Assembly (NCBI GenBank): GCA_964565725.1
Contig: CAZMGA010000002.1
Span: 1 to 32,000 of the forward strand
Source: an uncultured archaeon
GTDB lineage: Archaea; Iainarchaeota; Iainarchaeia; Iainarchaeales; 0-14-0-20-30-16
Direction of reading: 5' to 3'
Length of the DNA: 32,000 nt
Position numbers and translations under genes: made by a program. Of the stretch, positions 26,054 to 32,000 are shown in pieces. How positions within the stretch are numbered: position 1 is the first letter of the stretch; every line of letters begins with the position of its first letter. A model generated the notes under the pieces. The model ran no database searches, was not told the DNA's origin, and worked only from the letters and a program-made list of their open reading frames with translations.

Positions 26054-26611
26054 ATGTATGAAAGAAGAGATTTTAGAAGAGATAGAATGAAAAGAGAATA
26101 TGTTGAAGAAAAAGAAGAAAAACCAAAACCAGAAAAAAAACCTAAATTAGTAAAAATTCCTAAATCTTTAGAAAAACCAATTTTTGTTAAATCAAAGAAT
26201 GGTAAAGTTTTACACGTTTCTAGTAAGAGAAAAACTGCAATTGCTAGAGCTAGTGTTAAAAAAGGAAAAGGAAAAATTACAATAAATAAAATACCTTATA
26301 CTTTAATATCTAATAAATATTTGTTAGATATGGTTAAAGAGCCTATAGTTTTGGTAGAAGAATATAAACAAGAATTGCCATCTCAAATAGATATTGCTAT
26401 AACTGTTAAAGGTGGAGGAACTATTGGTCAAATGGTTGCTGTAAGAAATTGTATTGCAAAAGCATTTGTACAATATTTTAACGATGTTAATTTAGCCCAC
26501 AAAATAAGTACTTATAATAGATCTTTCTTAATTGATGATGAAAGAAGAGTAGAAGCTAAAAAACCATTAGGTACAAAAGCAAGAGCTAAAAAACAACATT
26601 CTAAGAGATAG
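26054..26611 (+). CDS. rps9: Ribosomal protein S9 (uS9) with charged N-terminal extension
   Basis: SSKRKTAIARASVKKGKGKITINKIP, DIAITVKGGGTIGQMVAVRNCIAKAFVQY, DDERRVEAKKPLGTKARAKKQHSKR; ATG 26054 preferred. Confidence 0.95.
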   Translation: MYERRDFRRDRMKREYVEEKEEKPKPEKKPKLVKIPKSLEKPIFVKSKNGKVLHVSSKRKTAIARASVKKGKGKITINKIPYTLISNKYLLDMVKEPIVLVEEYKQELPSQIDIAITVKGGGTIGQMVAVRNCIAKAFVQYFNDVNLAHKISTYNRSFLIDDERRVEAKKPLGTKARAKKQHSKR

Positions 26612-26624
26612 ACGAGGGATATAC

Positions 26625-26819
26625 ATGTTAATGCCTGTAAGATGTTTTAGTTGTGGTTTTCCTGTGAGTGAATATTATGAAGCTTATAAAGAATCTATAG
26701 CTAAAGGTAAAACTCCAGAAGAAGCATTAAATTCTTTAGATATTAAAAATTATTGTTGTAGAAGAATGCTTTTAACTAGTGTAGATTATATTACTGAATT
26801 GATAAAATTCCAAAAGTGA
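26625..26819 (+). CDS. rpoN: DNA-directed RNA polymerase subunit N (Rpo10)
   Basis: MLMPVRCFSCGFPVSEYYEAYKE...NYCCRRMLLTSVDYITELIKF. Confidence 0.95.
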   Translation: MLMPVRCFSCGFPVSEYYEAYKESIAKGKTPEEALNSLDIKNYCCRRMLLTSVDYITELIKFQK

Positions 26820-26823
26820 GATA

Positions 26824-28017
26824 ATGAAAGTAGATATTCAAAAAGTTTTTGATAGTAGAGGTATGCCAACTATTATGGCTTATACTTATTATGAAGATGA
26901 AAGAATATTTGCAATTGCTCCTGCGGGAAAAAGTACTGGAATGCATGAAGCACAGGTTTATCCTTTAGATAAAAAAGGTAAAGCTAATATAGATTTAAGT
27001 TTTAAGTTTTTTAAAACTAATGAAAAAGCAATATTTGAAGCATTTGAATTTGATAATCAAGAAGAATTTGATTCTTTATTAGAAGATTTAGATGAAACAA
27101 ATAATTTTTCTGATATGGGTGCAAATTTATCTACTGCTTTATCAATGTTATTTTTGAAAGTTCAAGCTAAAAAAAATAATTTTGAATTATATAAATATTT
27201 AAATCCAAAAGTAAAATTAAAAGATTTGCCTAAGCCTTTAGGAAATGTTGTTGGTGGTGGATTACATTCAAATAATAAAATATCTATTCAAGAATTTTTA
27301 GTATTAAATGAAGAAAAAAAAATTTCTGAAAACATTTTAAAGAACATAAATGTATATCATGAAATTGAAAACATTTTAAAGAGTAAAAAAAAGTTTTTTG
27401 GAAAAAATGATGAAGGTGCAATATCTTTTGATTCAAATTCTTTTGAAGTATTAAATATTATTGAACAATCAATAAAAAATTTAGGCTATAAAACAAAAAT
27501 AGGTTTGGATATTGCTGCAAGTTCATTTTATAAAAATAAAAAATATGAATTTGAAGGAAAAAAATATTCTGAAAGTGAATATTTGCAAATATTATTAGAT
27601 ACAATTAAAAATTATAAAAATATATATTATATTGAAGATCCTTTTGATGAAGAATCATTTACTGCATTTGCAGAACTACAAAAGAAAACAAAATCTTTAA
27701 TTTGTGGTGATGATTTATTTACTACAAATAAAGATAGATTAATTCAAGGTATAAAAAATAAATCTGCAAAAGCAATATTGATAAAACCAAATCAAATAGG
27801 TACAATAACAAAAACAATTGAAACTGTAAATTATGCAAAAAAACATAATGTTATGCCAGTAATTTCTCATAGATCTGGAGAAAGTATTGATAATACAATA
27901 TCTCATTTGGCTGTTGGATTATCTATACCATATATAAAAACAGGAACAGTTTCAGGAGAACGTTTAGCAAAATTGAATGAACTTATATTCATAGAAAAAA
28001 GAATTGAGGAAAAATAA
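26824..28017 (+). CDS. eno: Enolase (divergent archaeal type)
   Basis: VFDSRGMPTI, GGGLHSNNKISIQEFLVL, GLDIAASSFY, YIEDPFDEE, CGDDLFTTN, ILIKPNQIGT, VISHRSGES, KTGTVSGERLAKLNEL. Confidence 0.93.
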   Translation: MKVDIQKVFDSRGMPTIMAYTYYEDERIFAIAPAGKSTGMHEAQVYPLDKKGKANIDLSFKFFKTNEKAIFEAFEFDNQEEFDSLLEDLDETNNFSDMGANLSTALSMLFLKVQAKKNNFELYKYLNPKVKLKDLPKPLGNVVGGGLHSNNKISIQEFLVLNEEKKISENILKNINVYHEIENILKSKKKFFGKNDEGAISFDSNSFEVLNIIEQSIKNLGYKTKIGLDIAASSFYKNKKYEFEGKKYSESEYLQILLDTIKNYKNIYYIEDPFDEESFTAFAELQKKTKSLICGDDLFTTNKDRLIQGIKNKSAKAILIKPNQIGTITKTIETVNYAKKHNVMPVISHRSGESIDNTISHLAVGLSIPYIKTGTVSGERLAKLNELIFIEKRIEEK

Positions 28018-28038
28018 ATATATTATTAAGGTGAGTGT

Positions 28039-28707
28039 ATGAGTAAAGAATTATTAATTAGCCCAGAAGAATATTTAAAATCAGGTATTCATATAGGTAC
28101 AAGATTTAAATCTAAAGGTATGAGAAAATATATTTTTAAATTAAGAAAAGATGGTTTAAAAGTATTTTCTATTGAAGAAATAGATGAAAAAATTAGAGCT
28201 CTTGCAAAATTTTTAGTGAATTATAATCCTGAAAAAATAGCAGTTGTTGGTAGAAGAGTTTTTGCAAAAACAGCTATTGAAAATTTTTGTAAAATAATTG
28301 GTGCAAAATCTTATGTTGGTAGATTTATTCCAGGAGATTTTACTAATGCTAAAAGTAAGAACTTTTTTGAACCCGAATTAATATTTGTTGTAGAATCTAA
28401 TTTAGACAAACAAGCAATAATTGAAGCAGTAAAAGTAAATATACCTGTTGTTTCTTTGAGTAGTGCAAATAATTCAACAGTAAATATAGATTATGCTGTA
28501 CCTTGTAATAATAAAGGTAAAAAAAGTTTAGCATTATTATTTTGGTTAATTGCTAGAGAATATCAATTATGTAAAGGAATCATAAAATCAAGAGATGATT
28601 TCAAACATAAAGTTGAAGAATTTGAATATAATGGTAAAGAAAAAATTGTTAAAAATGAAGATGACAGAAGAAATAGAAGACCTATAAGAGGACAAAGAAG
28701 AAGATAA
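28039..28707 (+). CDS. rps2: Ribosomal protein S2 (uS2)
   Basis: YLKSGIHIGTRFKSKGMRKYIFKLRKDGLKVFSIEEIDEKIRALAKFL; GRFIPGDFTNAKSKNFFEPELIFVVE. Confidence 0.95.
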   Translation: MSKELLISPEEYLKSGIHIGTRFKSKGMRKYIFKLRKDGLKVFSIEEIDEKIRALAKFLVNYNPEKIAVVGRRVFAKTAIENFCKIIGAKSYVGRFIPGDFTNAKSKNFFEPELIFVVESNLDKQAIIEAVKVNIPVVSLSSANNSTVNIDYAVPCNNKGKKSLALLFWLIAREYQLCKGIIKSRDDFKHKVEEFEYNGKEKIVKNEDDRRNRRPIRGQRRR

Positions 28708-28735
28708 ATTCTTTATTTTCTAAAAGGTAATTATT

Positions 28736-31567
28736 ATGCAAGCATATAACCTAAATGAAGAAAATAATATTAAACAATTTTGGGACAAAGAAGAAATTAG
28801 AAAAAAGTTTTTAAATAAAAATAAAAACAATAATAAAACTTTCTATTTTATGGATGGTCCGCCTTATGCTAACGGACATATTCATTTAGGCCACGCATTA
28901 AATAAAATTACTAAAGATGTTATAATTAGATATAAAATAATGCGAGGATTTGATACTTTTGCAAAAGCTGGTTATGATACTCATGGAGTACCTATAGAAC
29001 ATAAAGTTCAAAAAGCATTAAATTTAGATTCAAAAGAAGATATTGAAAATTATGGTATGGATAAATTTATATCTCAATGTATTAATTTTGCAACAGAACA
29101 TATTGAAGATATGAATAGAGAATTTTTAAATTTAGGTATATGGATGGATTATGAAAATGCATATATCACATTAAAACCAGATTATATTGAAGGGTTGTGG
29201 CAAGCTTTTAAAAAAGCTGATGAAAAAAAATTATTATATAAAGGAAGATATCCTGTTCATTTTTGTTCTGAATGTGGAACTGCATTATCATTTAATGAAA
29301 TTGAACACACCACATTAGATGATATGTCTATTTTTGTTAAATTTAAAACTAAAGATAATAGATTTTTAATAATTTGGACTACTACTCCTTGGACTTTACC
29401 TTCAAATGTTGGAATTATGGTTAATCCTTCTGCTACATATATAGATGTAAATATTGGTGGAGAAGTATGGATTATTGCAAAAGAATTATTAGAATCATTA
29501 TGTAATAAAATAGAAGCTGGTTTTACAATATTAAAAGAGTATTCTGGTAAAGAATTAAATAATTTAAAATATGATAATCCATTGGAACCTTTGTTGAAAA
29601 GAAAAAATTTAGAAAATGCTAATAGAGTGGTATTATCTGATAGATATGTTACTTTGGATACAGGATCTGGTTTAGTACATTGTGCACCAGGTCATGGAAA
29701 AGAAGATTTTGAAGTAGGTATGCAAACAGGATTACCTGCATATACTTGTTTAAATGAAAAAGGAGTATTTGGAGAAGATGCGGGAAAATATATTAATTTA
29801 AAAGCAAAATCTGCTAATTCTATAATAATTGAAGATTTATCCAATTTAAATGCTTTAATTTATAAAGAAGTAATTTCTCATGAATATCCTATTTGTTGGA
29901 GATGTAAATCACCATTATTACAAGTAGCTATGCCACAATGGTTTTTAAAAATAACTGATATTAGAGAAGAATTATTAAAAAATAATGAAAAAGTTTATTG
30001 GCCTCAAAGTTTTTCTAAAAATAGATTTACAAATTGGTTGTCTTCTTTAAGTGATTGGCCTGTTTCAAGATCGAGATATTGGGGAACACCTTTACCTATA
30101 TGGGTATGTGATAAATGTAATAAATTTGATGTGTTGGGTTCTTTTACAGAATTAGAAGAAAAAACAGGTAAAAAAATTGAAAAAACAATTTTAGGAGTTC
30201 ATAAACCAGAAATTGATAAATATACTTATAAATGTGAATGTGGAGGAATTAAAAAGAGAATTCCTGATGTTTTAGATGTATGGTTTGATTCTGGAGCTTC
30301 TAGTTGGAGTGCTTTAGATAATGAAGAATTATTTAAGAGATTTTGGCCTGCTGATTTAAATATTGAAGGTACTGATCAATTTAGAGGTTGGTGGAATTCA
30401 CAAATGATATTATCTACTATTTGTTTCGATAATACACCTTTTAAATCTATTTTAGTACATGGTATGGTTTTAGATATTAATAAAAGAGAAATGCATAAAT
30501 CTGATGGTAATGTAATTGGTCCAAATGAAATAATTGAAGAATATAATAGAGATTCTTTGCGATATTATTTAATTAAAAATAGTACGGGTAATGATTTTGG
30601 TTTTGGAAAAGAACTTTTAAAAGATACTATGAGATTTTTTAATATTTTGATAAATATTGGTAATTATATTGAAACTTATTTAAATGCAAATTTGGATATT
30701 AAAGAATTGCCAGTAGATTTAGAAATTGAAGATAAATGGATTTTATCTAAATATAATTCTATGAAATCAAATGTTTTAGATAATTATGATAGTTATAATT
30801 TTTATAAAGTTGTTCCATTATTAGAAAATTTTATTATTGAAGATTTTAGTAGAAATTATATGAAATTAATAAAAGATAGAACTGACAAAGAAAATTTGTC
30901 CTTAGTTTTTAATTATATTTTTGGAGGCTATTTAAGATTATTAGCTCCTATATTACCACATATAACAGAATATATTTACAAAAATTTTAATTTCAATAGT
31001 ATTCATTTAACAAACATAGATGATTTTAATAATAATGATATAAATTTAGATTTAGAAAAAGAAATGGACTTAATTTTAGATATTGTTCAATTGGGTTTAG
31101 GTTTGAGAGAAAAAGAAAAATTAAGATTAAGATGGACTTTACCAAAGTTATATGTTAATTTAAAAAATAATCAAAATATAAAATATTGTCAAAAAATATT
31201 AGAAAAAATGTTAAATGTAAATAATGTTGAATTTATTAATGAGAATTTAAATAAACCTTTTATTGAAGATGATTTTGTAAAAATTTTTGTGGATGCTAAT
31301 TTTTCAAAAGGTACTAAAGATTTATGGTTTGTACAAGAATTAAGAAGACATATTCAAAATGAAAGAAAAATTTTAAAATTTTCTCCACAAGAAAATAAAG
31401 AATTAAATATTTATTGTGATGAGGATGTAAAAAAAATATTAACTAAATATTTAGTTGATTTAGAAAATACTACCAATACAAAAATAATATTAAATAATTT
31501 AATACAAGAAGATTTAATAGAAATATTAGATAAAAAAATATTAGTTAAGTTTAATATAAATAAGTGA
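28736..31567 (+). CDS. ileS: Isoleucyl-tRNA synthetase
   Basis: FMDGPPYANGHIHLGHALNKITKDVIIRYKIMRGFDT, TTTPWTLPSNVGI, LDVWFDSGASSWSAL, EGTDQFRGWWNSQM, REMHKSDGN. Confidence 0.95.
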   Translation: MQAYNLNEENNIKQFWDKEEIRKKFLNKNKNNNKTFYFMDGPPYANGHIHLGHALNKITKDVIIRYKIMRGFDTFAKAGYDTHGVPIEHKVQKALNLDSKEDIENYGMDKFISQCINFATEHIEDMNREFLNLGIWMDYENAYITLKPDYIEGLWQAFKKADEKKLLYKGRYPVHFCSECGTALSFNEIEHTTLDDMSIFVKFKTKDNRFLIIWTTTPWTLPSNVGIMVNPSATYIDVNIGGEVWIIAKELLESLCNKIEAGFTILKEYSGKELNNLKYDNPLEPLLKRKNLENANRVVLSDRYVTLDTGSGLVHCAPGHGKEDFEVGMQTGLPAYTCLNEKGVFGEDAGKYINLKAKSANSIIIEDLSNLNALIYKEVISHEYPICWRCKSPLLQVAMPQWFLKITDIREELLKNNEKVYWPQSFSKNRFTNWLSSLSDWPVSRSRYWGTPLPIWVCDKCNKFDVLGSFTELEEKTGKKIEKTILGVHKPEIDKYTYKCECGGIKKRIPDVLDVWFDSGASSWSALDNEELFKRFWPADLNIEGTDQFRGWWNSQMILSTICFDNTPFKSILVHGMVLDINKREMHKSDGNVIGPNEIIEEYNRDSLRYYLIKNSTGNDFGFGKELLKDTMRFFNILINIGNYIETYLNANLDIKELPVDLEIEDKWILSKYNSMKSNVLDNYDSYNFYKVVPLLENFIIEDFSRNYMKLIKDRTDKENLSLVFNYIFGGYLRLLAPILPHITEYIYKNFNFNSIHLTNIDDFNNNDINLDLEKEMDLILDIVQLGLGLREKEKLRLRWTLPKLYVNLKNNQNIKYCQKILEKMLNVNNVEFINENLNKPFIEDDFVKIFVDANFSKGTKDLWFVQELRRHIQNERKILKFSPQENKELNIYCDEDVKKILTKYLVDLENTTNTKIILNNLIQEDLIEILDKKILVKFNINK

Positions 31568-31572
31568 TATTT

Positions 31573-32000
31573 ATGCCTACTAGAAAGTTTTTTGCATTTT
31601 TAGATAAATATAAAAATGAAAATGTTGAGAATAAAATTGTTAAACCAAAATTAACATTAGGACAAAGAGCAGCAGATTATGTTACTACTTGTGTTGGTTC
31701 TTGGAGATTTATTATTGGAGTATTAATTTTTATATGCTTATGGATGATTGTTAATGTAATAATATTATTAGAAGGTTGGGATCCATATCCTTTTATATTG
31801 TTGAATTTTTGTTTATCTTGTTTAGCTGCAATTCAAGCACCAATTATATTAATGAGTCAAAATAGACAAACAGAAATTGATAGAGTAAGAGCTGAATATG
31901 ATTATAAAGTAAACATAAAAGCAGAAAAGGAAATAAATAATATGCAAAAAGATTTAAATAATATTAAACACCTAATAAATGAATTGCATGAATGTAATTG
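31573..32000 (+). CDS. DUF1003 family membrane protein (partial, runs off the window)
   Basis: Manual translation MPTRKFFAFLDKYKNE...LTLGQRAADYVTTCVGSWRFIIGVLIFICLWMIVNV...GWDPYPFILLNFCLSCLAAIQAPIILMSQNRQTEIDRVRAEYDYKVNIKAEKEI; not in the ORF track. Confidence 0.88.
   Translation, partial: MPTRKFFAFLDKYKNENVENKIVKPKLTLGQRAADYVTTCVGSWRFIIGVLIFICLWMIVNVIILLEGWDPYPFILLNFCLSCLAAIQAPIILMSQNRQTEIDRVRAEYDYKVNIKAEKEINNMQKDLNNIKHLINELHECN

Noticed and set aside
30490-30510. IleRS KMSKS loop reading EMHKS (REMHKSDGN)
   Set aside because: MHKS-type variants occur, as far as I recall, in other IleRS proteins; the rest of the enzyme is canonical, so I do not claim novelty without an alignment.

Overview
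AT-rich archaeal window, DPANN-like (Woese-/Pacearchaeota-type) by gene content and style; this placement is inference. From about 7.8 kb to 31.6 kb, all on the + strand, it carries the conserved archaeal ribosomal-protein supercluster. The order is L3-L4-L23-L2-S19-L22-S3-L29-SUI1-Rpp29-S17-L14-L24-S4e-L5-S14-S8-L6-L32e-L19e-L18-S5-L30-L15-SecY-EMC3/DUF106-L34e-cmk-like-L14e-S13-S4-S11-RpoD-tRNA-Leu(UAA)-L18e-L13-S9-RpoN-enolase-S2-IleRS-DUF1003 (cut by the window edge). The first 7.6 kb are more variable: five tightly packed small membrane proteins, a membrane-anchored YvcK-like protein, a DRG-like GTPase with altered G motifs, and a minus-strand operon of a coiled-coil protein, an anchored surface protein and a divergent RpiA-like protein, then a TYW1-like radical SAM enzyme. 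I see no CRISPR array, mobile element or recognisable defence system. The best second looks are the small-membrane-protein operon, a CMP-kinase homolog lacking the P-loop (with adk also absent from its usual slot), the DRG-like and RpiA-like proteins with degenerate motifs, a near-identical 45-nt repeat shared by the S3 and L29 C-terminal tails, Lys/Glu-rich extensions on many r-proteins, and a recurrent stop-codon/Shine-Dalgarno junction cassette. The supplied ORF track misses rps14 and the terminal partial DUF1003 gene, and it often calls starts inside the Shine-Dalgarno sequence.
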